A stretch of DNA of 64,000 nt from a bacterium (GTDB lineage Bacteria; Zhuqueibacterota; Zhuqueibacteria; Residuimicrobiales; Krinioviventaceae): positions 2,048,001-2,112,000 of the forward strand of contig CAXXMD010000002.1 in the NCBI GenBank assembly GCA_963675755.2. Direction: 5' to 3'. A model generated the notes under the pieces. The model did not search any database. It was not told the DNA's origin and was given only the letters and a program-made list of their open reading frames with translations. Made by a program: the position numbers and the translations under genes. Numbering within the stretch: the first letter of the stretch is position 1; each line of letters begins with the position of its first letter. Below, in pieces: positions 20,110 through 30,739 of this stretch.

Positions 20110-20958
20110 ATGATTGGGAAACATGTGAATATATGCAAAATGGGTATCGACCTGGGTGGGACAAAACTTTTGTGTTTTGCCAATAATGGCAAACATGATT
20201 TTCAAGAAAAATTCACAACAGGAAGATCCACAACAATAGAACAGATAAATACTTTTATTTCAGAATTTATCACAAAACACAAGATTAATCCTGAAATAAT
20301 TGGCATTGCAATTCCAGGTTTAATTGAAAACAACTCACTCATCATCGAATCAGATGTCTTACCAGATCTCAATAATTATAAAAGCAGCGATTTCCTTCCG
20401 GAATTTCGTATACCCAAAATTTTGATCAATGATGTAGATGCTTCCGCTATTTATGCTAAAATACAATATCCAGACAAGGAATTTATCCTTTCTGTAATGG
20501 CGGGGACAGGCATTGGTCTGGGTATTCACATCAATAACAAGCTTTACAAAGGTAGAAATGGGTTTGCAGGTGAGTTGGGGTACATGCCACTCCCCACATT
20601 GAATGGAACAAAAAATCTCGACCAACTTGCCTCGGGATCTTTTATACTTGAATCCTGTACTGGTGATGCAGCAACCCTATCACGTGCCTTAGAGTCAAAT
20701 GATTCGAATGCTGTACAAATAATTGACAGAGCAGCTACTCATCTGGGTATTGCCCTTGCCGGTATAGTAAACATCTTGAATCCTGATTTGCTGGCAATTG
20801 GGGGAGGTACATGTAGATTCCTGAATTATTTTGAGATTTGCAAGAACACGGTAATTAACAACACGAATCCTTTTCTTTTAAAAGATCTTGATATTGTATT
20901 AATTGAAACAAATTTCAATGTGGCTAAAGGTGCTTTACATTTTGCTCAATCACAATAA
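20110..20958 (+). CDS. ROK family sugar kinase/regulator
   Basis: GIDLGGTK, INDVDA, GTGIGLG and GFAGELGY motifs. Confidence 0.9.
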   Translation: MIGKHVNICKMGIDLGGTKLLCFANNGKHDFQEKFTTGRSTTIEQINTFISEFITKHKINPEIIGIAIPGLIENNSLIIESDVLPDLNNYKSSDFLPEFRIPKILINDVDASAIYAKIQYPDKEFILSVMAGTGIGLGIHINNKLYKGRNGFAGELGYMPLPTLNGTKNLDQLASGSFILESCTGDAATLSRALESNDSNAVQIIDRAATHLGIALAGIVNILNPDLLAIGGGTCRFLNYFEICKNTVINNTNPFLLKDLDIVLIETNFNVAKGALHFAQSQ

Positions 20959-21040
20959 AGTATTTGAAAATAATCTAAATTCTATTTTAATTGTATAACG
21001 GATAGTTTTTTATTACTGTAAAACAAAAAGGACTAATCCT

Positions 21041-22207
21041 ATGAAACCAATTCCATTAACCCCAATAGAATATATTTTTACCGGCGCTGGTTCTCAGCCC
21101 ATTACCTTTGCGTTCTATTACAAAGAGCAGCTGAATCCGGAACGGCTCATGGCCCATTTAAAAGAAACGCTGGAACAGTTTCCCATTCTATCCAGCAGAC
21201 TCGTTAAAATCTCAGAACAGGAATACGGTTTTAAACAAGACCCAGATGCTCTTACATTCACAATTCGTGATTCAGGACCTGATTTTGATGAAACATCAAG
21301 TGTTCTGAACTATATTGAACCGATCCAAACCATTGAGGATGCTCCTCTCTCACGCATCACATTAACACAAACAGAAAAAGGTTCTGTTCTAGCAGCTAGT
21401 ATCTCTCACGCCCTGGTAGATGGATTCAGCTTTTTCCATTTTTTATCAACCTGGGCCAGAAATACCCGCCAGGATCGTTCACTGCCACCTTCTCTTGACC
21501 GTAATACATTTAACCATCACCTGCATTCCAATCCCTTTGCAAAAATTACAGCTAAAAACATTCTTGAACAGAGTGGTCTATTTTTCGGTGAAAAACGAAA
21601 CGATACCGATCCATTGTCCGTTCAGGAAGAAAGAGAATTTATTTCCATAGAAACTATCCGAACACATTTGCTCAAATTCAAAAAAACCAATCCAGATGTT
21701 TCATTAACCGAAAATGACATCATAACCGCAATGTTGTGGCAAAAATATGTGCCCCAATGGTGTGATACAACTATACCTGAAACGTTTATAACCTGCCCTG
21801 TCGATTTACGCCGGGTTGTTAAACCACTTTCCAGAAATTACCTGGGCTGCGCCATAGCGTTTGCCACTGCGTCTATGAAACTTGAGGATTTAAAAAATAA
21901 ATCCATTGGCGAAATTGCAGTAATTGTCAAAAATGCTGTCAAAAGTATCAACACAGATACTGCTATAACAGCCATGCAAACGTTGGATATGTTTAGAAAA
22001 GAAAACGGCCCACAGGCTTTTGAACATTTGCATCTCTGTCACCCCGGAAACGGTATGATTGTCACAAATCTAACCAGAATGCCGGTTCAGGATATCAACT
22101 TTACAGGTTCAGGACCCAAAGGTTATCTCACTTTTACCGATGTTTCCGGAGGTGCTGCAATACTTGCATCTGAAGATGGTGTTGAAGTTTTGGTATCAAT
22201 GCCCTAA
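21041..22207 (+). CDS. CoA-dependent acyltransferase (HxxxD, BAHD/transferase-like)
   Basis: SHALVDG motif, PVDLRR...NYLGC, C-terminal DINFTGSGP. Confidence 0.75.
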   Translation: MKPIPLTPIEYIFTGAGSQPITFAFYYKEQLNPERLMAHLKETLEQFPILSSRLVKISEQEYGFKQDPDALTFTIRDSGPDFDETSSVLNYIEPIQTIEDAPLSRITLTQTEKGSVLAASISHALVDGFSFFHFLSTWARNTRQDRSLPPSLDRNTFNHHLHSNPFAKITAKNILEQSGLFFGEKRNDTDPLSVQEEREFISIETIRTHLLKFKKTNPDVSLTENDIITAMLWQKYVPQWCDTTIPETFITCPVDLRRVVKPLSRNYLGCAIAFATASMKLEDLKNKSIGEIAVIVKNAVKSINTDTAITAMQTLDMFRKENGPQAFEHLHLCHPGNGMIVTNLTRMPVQDINFTGSGPKGYLTFTDVSGGAAILASEDGVEVLVSMP

Positions 22208-22266
22208 AACAGTAATTAATTATTTCAACTTTTGCTAATAATTAACCAAAATGAATCGAGGCAGCG

Positions 22267-23199
22267 ATGAACAAGTACTTGAAATATGTTTTCATACTCT
22301 CTTTAATTTTCACCTACACAAGCTGTCAAAAACAACAAACCTTAAATCCAGAACCTTCACCAATCAGCATTTCACTTGCCAGACCCAACTTTATTACGGT
22401 TTTAAACAGCAATCATCCCGGTAACAGGATCGGTTACCGGCTACACGAACACGAACCCATAACATATGGAGAGATCCCCTCAACGTTACAGGAAGCCAAT
22501 ATAGACACCCTGCAAATCAATGCTATTCTGAAAAAACTGGAAAAAGATACTACCTGCTTTATCTACAAACTGGAAGTAGAGCGAGACGTACATTGGGCAA
22601 AACAAACCTGGACATACTATTTAAAACCTGTTAATGATGGTATAGAATTATTCTGGCTGATCCAAACATATGATAAAGGATTACCCGAATATCATGGTGT
22701 ACAGCAATGTTTCCGTTTAGGCGGCCCCTCAAACAAAGAATGGAGAAGAGAAATTGCAAACACCCCTGCCTTTAGTGAATATGAATTATGGCAATCAGAC
22801 TCTACAAAATCTCTCACCTATGTAATCAGACATAATGAATGCCAGCAATTACCTGCTTTATCTCACACTGTGGGAGCCAGAACACCACTGGGTATCAGCA
22901 TAGATAACCTGCGTACAAATAATAATCCCATGGAATACGTTGGCCCTTATAAAGCAGAAATGCTTGCCCCAATTGACAATGGATTGATCTTTCGCAGCGA
23001 TACAACCAACACCTGGGTCTGTGGAATTTATTGGCAAAACACATCACACGTAACCAATCATCACCCGGCAGATTGTCTGCATGCCATTGTCAATATCGGT
23101 AATATTCCACCCTCGTCTAAAAGGCTCTTAAAAGGTAAAATATTTTGGTTTAAAGGAGATAGAACAACACTGATCAATATTTCAAACAATTTGTATTAA
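22267..23199 (+). CDS. Hypothetical lipoprotein
   Basis: 310-aa ORF with lipobox YTSC and a GAGG SD; no family recognised. Confidence 0.6.
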   Translation: MNKYLKYVFILSLIFTYTSCQKQQTLNPEPSPISISLARPNFITVLNSNHPGNRIGYRLHEHEPITYGEIPSTLQEANIDTLQINAILKKLEKDTTCFIYKLEVERDVHWAKQTWTYYLKPVNDGIELFWLIQTYDKGLPEYHGVQQCFRLGGPSNKEWRREIANTPAFSEYELWQSDSTKSLTYVIRHNECQQLPALSHTVGARTPLGISIDNLRTNNNPMEYVGPYKAEMLAPIDNGLIFRSDTTNTWVCGIYWQNTSHVTNHHPADCLHAIVNIGNIPPSSKRLLKGKIFWFKGDRTTLINISNNLY

Positions 23200-23327
23200 T
23201 CGGATTGAATCATGCCTGAAAAAACATGCAAATCCAAATTTTAATGTTTTTTCTTTGCTTTTATTCAACAAAAACAGTATACTAGATAACATTTGTAAAT
23301 GTAGTAGGCAGGGCCAAGTCGAAAAAA

Positions 23328-24890
23328 ATGGACAGAAAATACCCGTATATCATTTTTCTTATACTTGTCTGTTTTCTCTCTTGCAGTAACAGCTCAGTAG
23401 ATCCATGGAAAAGAGCACCTGAAATCCTCAAGAACATCAAAGCACCAGATTTTAGCAGTGTAGACTTTAACATAATAGATTATGGTGCAAGAGGAGATCA
23501 GAATTACGACTGCACAGAATCCATAAAACAGGCAATAATTGCATGTCATAAAGCCGGAGGTGGCAAAGTCATTGTTCCTGCCGGTATTTATATGACGGGC
23601 CCCATTCATTTAATGAGCAATGTCAATCTGCATCTTGAAGAAAATGCAGTCCTTAAATTCTATGTAGACCCCGAAAAATATCTCCCACTGGTACTCAGTC
23701 GCTGGGAAGGTGTAGAATTAATGAATTATTCTCCCCTTGTCTATGCATATGGTCAGGAAAATATTGCCATTTCAGGAAAAGGAACGCTGGATGGACAGGC
23801 AGGTAAAGGACGTTGGTGGGATTGGAGAAAAAATCCTACATGGGGCTGGCAGGAAGGCAAAGTTTCTCAGAGTGAAAACAGGAACATCCTGTTTGAAATG
23901 GCGGAAAATAAAGTTCCGGTCAAAGATCGAGTATTTCCAGATGGTTCACTACTCTCACCACCGTTCATTCAACTATACAATTGCAAAAGCATATTGATAG
24001 ATGGAATCACAATAGTCAATTCTCCCATGTGGCACTTGCACACAGTATTATCTCAAAACATTACAATACAGAACCTCAATATCAGCAGTTTTGGCCCCAA
24101 TAGCGATGGTTGTGTTGTGGAATCAAGTAAAAATGTACTCATACAAAACTGCAAAATTAGAACTCAAAACGATTGCATTTCATTAAAATCTGGCCGAAAC
24201 GAAGATGGTCGAAGAATTAATATACCAACAGAAAATATTGTTATAGACAACTGTAATCTGCAAAGCGGTATTGGTGCATTTACTATTGGCAGTGAAATGT
24301 CTGGCGGCATACAAAATGCGTTTATTGAAAATTGTCGAATGACCAGCCCCTATATGGAATTTGGAATCCGGCTAAAAAGCAATTCATTAAGAGGTGGATT
24401 TGTCCGTAATGTTCATTTTAAAAACATAGAAATCAATCAGGTTTCAAATGCTGTCATATACTTGAGTATGTATTATAATGAAGGAGATGCCGGCAATTAC
24501 AACCCAACAATAGAAAACTTTACATTTGAAAATATTAATAGCTATAAAAGCCGTTATGGATTAATATTGATGGGATACACAGATTCAGAAATATCCAACA
24601 TTCAATTCAAAAACTGTACTTTTCAGGATGTAGAGAATGGCAATTGTATTATTAATGTAAAAAATATAACCGCTATCAATACAACTACGAGTGGAGAAAA
24701 ACTGCCAGACATTGAAGAATTGAAAATGCCAAAACAAGTTACCAATACATTAAAAAAAGAAATGGGTAACGGTATCATCGAACGGTTAATGGTTCATACA
24801 CATAGTACAGGCGTTCAATATGAATTTAGGATACTTGCAAATGGTTCACGCAGATATGTTCTGATCAATCAGGACGGCAGGTTATTATAA
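23328..24890 (+). CDS. GH28 polygalacturonase-like lipoprotein with atypical active-site motifs and a short C-terminal extra domain
   Basis: Pectin-lyase-fold motifs (GGGKVIVPAG, NSDG, LKSGR, IGSEMSGG, RLKS). Confidence 0.85.
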   Translation: MDRKYPYIIFLILVCFLSCSNSSVDPWKRAPEILKNIKAPDFSSVDFNIIDYGARGDQNYDCTESIKQAIIACHKAGGGKVIVPAGIYMTGPIHLMSNVNLHLEENAVLKFYVDPEKYLPLVLSRWEGVELMNYSPLVYAYGQENIAISGKGTLDGQAGKGRWWDWRKNPTWGWQEGKVSQSENRNILFEMAENKVPVKDRVFPDGSLLSPPFIQLYNCKSILIDGITIVNSPMWHLHTVLSQNITIQNLNISSFGPNSDGCVVESSKNVLIQNCKIRTQNDCISLKSGRNEDGRRINIPTENIVIDNCNLQSGIGAFTIGSEMSGGIQNAFIENCRMTSPYMEFGIRLKSNSLRGGFVRNVHFKNIEINQVSNAVIYLSMYYNEGDAGNYNPTIENFTFENINSYKSRYGLILMGYTDSEISNIQFKNCTFQDVENGNCIINVKNITAINTTTSGEKLPDIEELKMPKQVTNTLKKEMGNGIIERLMVHTHSTGVQYEFRILANGSRRYVLINQDGRLL

Positions 24891-24932
24891 TCCAGTTTAA
24901 TCTCCCATCAAACAACTTATTCAGGGGCACCC

Positions 24933-26477
24933 ATGAAGCGCAGACAATTCTTAAAATCCATTTCTGCTGTCAGTATGGCAAGTCTTGCCGGATTTAATTG
25001 TACAAAAACGTCAAAATCAAACCGCCCTAATATTGTTCTCATATATGCAGATGACCTGGGTTACGGAGATCTGAGTTGTTACGGAGCCACCCGGGTAAAT
25101 ACACCCAACATTGACAGCCTGGCAAAAAACGGGATCAAATTTACGCAGGCCTATGCCACAGCTGCCACTTGCACACCGTCACGTTATTCCCTGCTAACCG
25201 GTCAGTATGCCTGGCGGAAAAAAGGTACGGGCATTGCTCCTGGCGATGCTTCTCTGCTTATTCCAACAAATATCACTACATTGCCATCAATGCTTGGCAA
25301 TGCCGGTTATACATGCGGAGTAGTGGGTAAATGGCATTTGGGATTAGGTGAGAAAAAACCAAACTGGAACACTGAAATAAAACCGGGGCCGCTTGAAATT
25401 GGATTTGATTATTCTTTTTTAATTCCCGCAACAGGAGATCGTGTTCCCTGCGTTTATGTTGAAAACCATAATGTAGTGGGACTCGATCCGTCAGATCCCA
25501 TAACAGTCAGTTTTGAAAAAAATGTTGGCAACTCTCCTACTGGCGTTTCTCATCCGGAAATGTTAAAATTTAAAGGCGATCCTCAACACAGCAACACAAT
25601 TGTCAATGGTGTAAGCAGAATCGGATTCATGACCGGTGGTAAATCCGCCCATTGGGTTGACGAAGATATGGCAGTTGTAATTAGCAGTAAAGCAGTCAAC
25701 TTTATTGAACAAAATCAAAACAGTCCCTTTTTCCTCTACTTTTCCCTGCACGATATTCACGTACCGCGCGTTCCGAATCCCCGCTTTGTCGGCAAAACCG
25801 AAATGGGGCCTCGCGGAGATGCCATTGTTCAGGCGGACTGGTGTGTGGGAGAAATTCTAAACGTTTTGAAAAAACAGGGATTGTCAGAAAATACGATAGT
25901 TATATTCAGCTCCGATAACGGTCCGGTTTTGAACGATGGTTACGATGACCATGCGGAAGAACTCAAGGGTGACCACAAGGTAGCGGGTCCACTACGCGGC
26001 GGAAAATACAGCAGTTTTGAAGGCGGTACCCGCATTCCGCTTTTACTTCAATGGCCCTCAAAAGTAAAACCAGCAATCAGCAATGCTCTGGTCAGTCAGG
26101 TTGATTTCCTTGCCTCTTTTGCAGCATTAACAAAACAAACACTCTCTGACAAAGACGCACCTGACAGCATAGACAATCTGGCAGCCCTGCTTGGCAAAGA
26201 CCCGGTTGGACGCAGCCACATTGTTGAACAATCCGCTGAAAACTTTATCAACCTGCGAAAAGGGAAATGGAAATTTATCCAACCCGGAAGAGGCCCCAAG
26301 CTCAATGTTGTTAAAAACATTGAAACCGGAAGAGATACCAATCCGCAGCTTTATGATATATCCACGGATGTGGGTGAAAAATTAAACGTTGCAGATAAAT
26401 ACCCGCAAATCCTGCAAGAAATGGAAACCCTGCTGCAAAAAATACGTGAAACCGGAGACAGGTCTTTACGTAGTTAA
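24933..26477 (+). CDS. Arylsulfatase (Cys-type, Tat-exported)
   Basis: KRRQFLK Tat motif; ADDLGYGD, CTPSRYSLLTG, GKWHLG and SSDNG motifs. Confidence 0.95.
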   Translation: MKRRQFLKSISAVSMASLAGFNCTKTSKSNRPNIVLIYADDLGYGDLSCYGATRVNTPNIDSLAKNGIKFTQAYATAATCTPSRYSLLTGQYAWRKKGTGIAPGDASLLIPTNITTLPSMLGNAGYTCGVVGKWHLGLGEKKPNWNTEIKPGPLEIGFDYSFLIPATGDRVPCVYVENHNVVGLDPSDPITVSFEKNVGNSPTGVSHPEMLKFKGDPQHSNTIVNGVSRIGFMTGGKSAHWVDEDMAVVISSKAVNFIEQNQNSPFFLYFSLHDIHVPRVPNPRFVGKTEMGPRGDAIVQADWCVGEILNVLKKQGLSENTIVIFSSDNGPVLNDGYDDHAEELKGDHKVAGPLRGGKYSSFEGGTRIPLLLQWPSKVKPAISNALVSQVDFLASFAALTKQTLSDKDAPDSIDNLAALLGKDPVGRSHIVEQSAENFINLRKGKWKFIQPGRGPKLNVVKNIETGRDTNPQLYDISTDVGEKLNVADKYPQILQEMETLLQKIRETGDRSLRS

Positions 26478-26538
26478 CATTGAAAACAGCGAAAACAATC
26501 TTTTCGCATCATTCAATCATTGACTACAAGGGGCTATA

Positions 26539-27141
26539 ATGAAACGTACAGAGCTTTATCATCCACGGGTGTTTGACTCTCTCTGGGCGGAAAAATATTA
26601 CAAAAATAATTTTAAAAATATCCAGCGAGCGGGTAAAGATATTGTAAAAATTCTCAAACAGTATGGATTCAAAAGCGGTAAAATCCTTGACGCGGGTTGC
26701 GGTTTTGGAGCCATAGATATAGAAATAGCAAAAGCCTTTCCTAAAGCAGAAATTGTAGCAGTAGACCTTTCCGAACCGCTGCTCGAGATTGCCAGACGGG
26801 ATGCCGAAAAAAATAAAACATCTGACAGAATTACCTTTCAACCGGGCGATGTACATAACCTGAGCTTTGATACTGCATCCTTTGACCTGGTAATCAATAC
26901 TTTTTTGCTGCATATAGTTGAACACCCCATCGACATGCTGAACGAATTGGACCGAGTGACAAAGCCAAACGGTCATATTATCGTTCTCGACCTCTGCAGA
27001 AACTGGCTGGCATGGATCATTAAAGAGCTTCGCAAATCCTTAACACTGACCGAAGCCTGTGAAATCATCAAAAAATCGAATATACGTCAGGGAAAAACCT
27101 CACGGGGCGCCTATTGGTGGGCCTGGGAATCAGACAGTTGA
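26539..27141 (+). CDS. Class I SAM-dependent methyltransferase
   Basis: ILDAGCGFG, VDLS, FDLV and RVTKPNG motifs. Confidence 0.9.
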   Translation: MKRTELYHPRVFDSLWAEKYYKNNFKNIQRAGKDIVKILKQYGFKSGKILDAGCGFGAIDIEIAKAFPKAEIVAVDLSEPLLEIARRDAEKNKTSDRITFQPGDVHNLSFDTASFDLVINTFLLHIVEHPIDMLNELDRVTKPNGHIIVLDLCRNWLAWIIKELRKSLTLTEACEIIKKSNIRQGKTSRGAYWWAWESDS

Positions 27142-27550
27142 AATCCTACTAGTTTTTACCAACTAATGGGGGATTGAATCATGTTGTTATTTAATCATGT
27201 GATAATTGCTACACTTTGTGGTCCGGACTTGAGATTTTTTTGCATAGCAGTGGCTATACCTGTTCTACCGGTTGTTGTTTTCGCCATAGGACAATAGTCA
27301 TGGGCACCATTTACGACTTTTTAACTGTGCTTATTACCTCTATTATTCAAAGCCAATCACATTCAAACGCCTGATTCAAGATTCCGGGGATCAGATCATA
27401 ACCTGCTCCCCTTTTATTTCAAGTTCGAACAACGCATTTTCAAACCCGTCCATTTGTCACTCCAAAAAACCGCTTGCGCTTTGAATCAACAAACATTACC
27501 TTGAGTCTTGCCTTAAAAATTTTCTAAAAAACATAAAAAATGGAGACCTC

Positions 27551-28741
27551 ATGAAAAAACTCTTGCTACTGATTATACTGCTTCCGATGTTTATTTTTGC
27601 ACAACACAATATCACCATTGACGGAGATTTCAGCGACTGGCAGGATGTGTCCGTGGCTGTTACCGATCCTGCTGATGATGTTCATCATACAGACGGTTAC
27701 CCGGCTGGTACTGCACCCGGTTACCGTGCATATAGCGATGTCGATATACTGGAAGTTAAATTCACCAACGATGCTGAAAACCTGTTTGGCTACATGAGTG
27801 CAACCGGTATTATCGGAAACACATCATCCGATACACTGGGGCACACTAAAAAAGGCCGTTATTACTTTATCTTTACAATTGATGTAGATGAAAATGAAGA
27901 TACCGGTTACCGTCTCAATGAAGGTGGGTATTACCCGGATAGTGATGGTTACGATGTAAATATGGAAGTTGAATTCTATAACGGTGGGTTCAACACCGGC
28001 CACTATATCAATCACGAATTCTTGTCAGACAATGCAGTTGAAACCCAGGGCATGCAGGATCTTGAAGACGGCATTATTCGTCTTGCTCCCGGTGTATACG
28101 ACTATTATTCACAATGGGTTACCTTTGACGACTCTTCTTATGTAGTGGTTGCTGACAAGGGCCCCGTTTACCAGGGGATCATCACCATTGCTGTATCAGA
28201 AGACGGTCATCAAGCAGAAATGAAAGCACCCATGTGGGGATTCTTGAAAACTCCGGAAGGCACTCCCATTATCGATTTGGGATACACCCTTAAAGTCTCT
28301 GCATCGCTCGAAGGCAGCGGAGAGCTGTCCGAAGAATCTATCAACGCAGGCTACACGGCCGGCAGTCATTCGGAATGGGGATCAGATACGGCAGAACCCT
28401 TCCTCTATACTGTCATGGATCCCGCAACATCAGTTGCAGACAATTCTGAAAATGCAGTACCGCAAACAACAGTATTGCATCCCAACTATCCCAATCCATT
28501 CAATCCACAGACTACAATAGAATATGAATTGACAGAAAACGCGTATACAAACCTGTCCGTTTATAACATACTCGGCAAAGAAATCAAATCACTGGTTTCC
28601 GAAAATCAAACCCCGGGTGTCTATCGAATTTCATGGGATGGTAAAGATAATTCAGGCAATAACGTAGGATCAGGATTTTATTTCATCCAGCTCCAAACAG
28701 GAAACACCCTCCTCAGCCAAAAAGCTGTTCTGATTAGATAA
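27551..28741 (+). CDS. Acidic secreted protein with a C-terminal FlgD-Ig/T9SS-like sorting domain
   Basis: Signal peptide; IDGDFSDW start; C-terminal NYPNPFNPQTTIEYEL...WDGKD...SGFYF. Confidence 0.8.
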   Translation: MKKLLLLIILLPMFIFAQHNITIDGDFSDWQDVSVAVTDPADDVHHTDGYPAGTAPGYRAYSDVDILEVKFTNDAENLFGYMSATGIIGNTSSDTLGHTKKGRYYFIFTIDVDENEDTGYRLNEGGYYPDSDGYDVNMEVEFYNGGFNTGHYINHEFLSDNAVETQGMQDLEDGIIRLAPGVYDYYSQWVTFDDSSYVVVADKGPVYQGIITIAVSEDGHQAEMKAPMWGFLKTPEGTPIIDLGYTLKVSASLEGSGELSEESINAGYTAGSHSEWGSDTAEPFLYTVMDPATSVADNSENAVPQTTVLHPNYPNPFNPQTTIEYELTENAYTNLSVYNILGKEIKSLVSENQTPGVYRISWDGKDNSGNNVGSGFYFIQLQTGNTLLSQKAVLIR

Positions 28742-28755
28742 TTCAAAAAACAACA

Positions 28756-28804
28756 CACCGGTGCCTTAATATCCATCATAAATGGATATATCAAAGGCCC
28801 GGTG
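28756..28804. repeat. Repeat family A hairpin (degenerate copy)
   Basis: CACCGGTGCC...(inner hairpin)...AAGGCCCGGTG. Confidence 0.75.
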
Positions 28805-29015
28805 TATTTTTATGAATACCTATTCTTACTATTTCCAACAACTCCCATCTGCCATTTTCCGTCACACTCATTTGATTGTACCAGACATTCGTCCCGATTA
28901 ATCAAATCAATTCCATTGGCTCAAAATATTTCACTGGATTCTAATCAATATTATTATATTTTATAAACAAGGTTGGGAGTTTAAATAAATACATTATTGA
29001 ATCAAGGAGAGCAAA

Positions 29016-30443
29016 ATGGATTATAATGTATCACGTCGTAGTTTTATGAAAAGTGTTTCTGCTGTAACCGCTGCAGCCTCTGCCCCGTTAATTCTACCAA
29101 AATCAGTATTTGGTGCCAATGACCGCATTACTGTAGCGGTACTGGGTGTTAGAGGACGTGGGAAAAGTCATATTGAAGGCTTTATGGAGCAGGATAATGT
29201 AGAAGTTGTCACATTGTGTGATCCTGATAAAAATGTGCTGGCTGAACGCGCAAAAACATTTCAGGAAACCTATGGTAAAAAAGTAAAACAGGTTCAGGAT
29301 TTGCGCAAAGTTATGGATGACAAAAAAGTCGATGTTGTATCAATTGCAACACCAAACCATTGGCATTCATTAGCTACTATCTGGGCTTGCCAGGCAGGTA
29401 AAGATGTATACGTCGAAAAACCCATGAGCCATAATATTTTTGAAGGCGGACAAGCAGTAGCAGCCGCCCGCAAATACGACCGTATTGTGCAGCATGGTAC
29501 CCAGAGCCGTTCAAGCCAGAGTTGGGGTAAAATCATTGCCGCAATCCAGTCCGAAAAATTTGGTAAATTGCTCGTATCAAAAGGATATTGCTGTAAACCC
29601 AGATGGAGTATTGGTTTTAAACCCTTTAAACAGCCACCCGCACATCTGGATTTTGATTTATGGGCTGGCCCTGCTCTGGATGATCGCTATCACGAAAACC
29701 TCGTACATTATAACTGGCACTGGTTCTGGCATACCGGTAATGGAGATACCGGCAACCAGGGTGTTCACCAGATGGATATTGCTCGTTGGGCTATCAAAGG
29801 CGCAACATGGCCTACAAAAGTATGGGCAATGGGCGGTCGTTTTGGCTATGACGATCAGGGAGAAACACCCAATACCCAGCTCGCCATGATGCAGTTTGGT
29901 GATGTGTTAATGTTGTTTGAAACACGGGGACTTGTTGGTGGTGAATCCAAAATGCCGCGCAAAGTGACAAATGAATTCTATACCACAGAAGGCATGTTTG
30001 ATGATAAACGCTTTTATCCCAAAGACGGTGGTACCCCCATTGAACTGGATGATTTTGAATCCGCAGTTAAACCGGGTAATAATTTTGAGAACTTAATTAA
30101 TGCTGTACGCAGTCACAATGTTAAAGAATTGAATGCAGATGTGCTTGAAGGTCATTATTCTTCGGCATTATGTCATTTACCAAACATTTCTCAACGCTTG
30201 GGTGAACAGGTACCATTCAAAACCCCCAAACAGGTATTGGAAAATGAAGTGGCCTATGACGCATGGCAAATGGTAGAAAAGAACCTGGCATGGGGACTGG
30301 ATTTGGATCTGCACAACATGACGTATCAGAATGGGCTTGAATTGGCTTTTGATCCGGAAACGGAAAAATTCACCAATGAAAATGCCAATGCAATGTTGAC
30401 ACGTACTTACCGCGCACCTTATATAGTGCCTGAAACCGTTTAA
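29016..30443 (+). CDS. Gfo/Idh/MocA family oxidoreductase (Tat-exported)
   Basis: SRRSFMK Tat motif; GVRGRG, ATPNHWH, VYVEKP and QGVHQMD motifs. Confidence 0.93.
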   Translation: MDYNVSRRSFMKSVSAVTAAASAPLILPKSVFGANDRITVAVLGVRGRGKSHIEGFMEQDNVEVVTLCDPDKNVLAERAKTFQETYGKKVKQVQDLRKVMDDKKVDVVSIATPNHWHSLATIWACQAGKDVYVEKPMSHNIFEGGQAVAAARKYDRIVQHGTQSRSSQSWGKIIAAIQSEKFGKLLVSKGYCCKPRWSIGFKPFKQPPAHLDFDLWAGPALDDRYHENLVHYNWHWFWHTGNGDTGNQGVHQMDIARWAIKGATWPTKVWAMGGRFGYDDQGETPNTQLAMMQFGDVLMLFETRGLVGGESKMPRKVTNEFYTTEGMFDDKRFYPKDGGTPIELDDFESAVKPGNNFENLINAVRSHNVKELNADVLEGHYSSALCHLPNISQRLGEQVPFKTPKQVLENEVAYDAWQMVEKNLAWGLDLDLHNMTYQNGLELAFDPETEKFTNENANAMLTRTYRAPYIVPETV

Positions 30444-30444
30444 A

Positions 30445-30479
30445 TAAAAATCCCCCCAGCTTAACCACTGGGGGGATTG
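30445..30479. terminator. Terminator hairpin between convergent genes
   Basis: AATCCCCCCAG...CTGGGGGGATT with an A run on the left. Confidence 0.75.
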
Positions 30480-30598
30480 ATCATTTCTCATCTAAAGTTT
30501 TACTGCGTCCAATCCACCAGCAAGTCAATGGATTTTCTCTCGCCAGGCTGAGCTTTATCAATACATTTCAAATCTTTACTTTTCAATAATAAAATATT

Positions 30599-30737
30599 CA
30601 CCGGTGCCTGAGTGTCCCGAACTTGCTTCGGGATGTATCGAAGGCCCGGTGCTTCTCGTCGCCCTACTCAAGCCAATAACTTTACTGTCTTTCATCTTTT
30701 TATGCTACTGACAACTAATAACTGATTACTGATAACT
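30599..30737. repeat. Composite 3' module: family A hairpin (30599-30651) plus heptamer tract (30705-30737)
   Basis: Near-duplicate of 32572-32710. Confidence 0.85.
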
Positions 30738-30739
30738 TT

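Noticed and set aside
27142-27550. 400-bp spacer with a short minus-strand ORF (MAKTTTGRTG...)
   Set aside because: About 30 codons with no clear SD or homology, and no tRNA or riboswitch pattern recognised.
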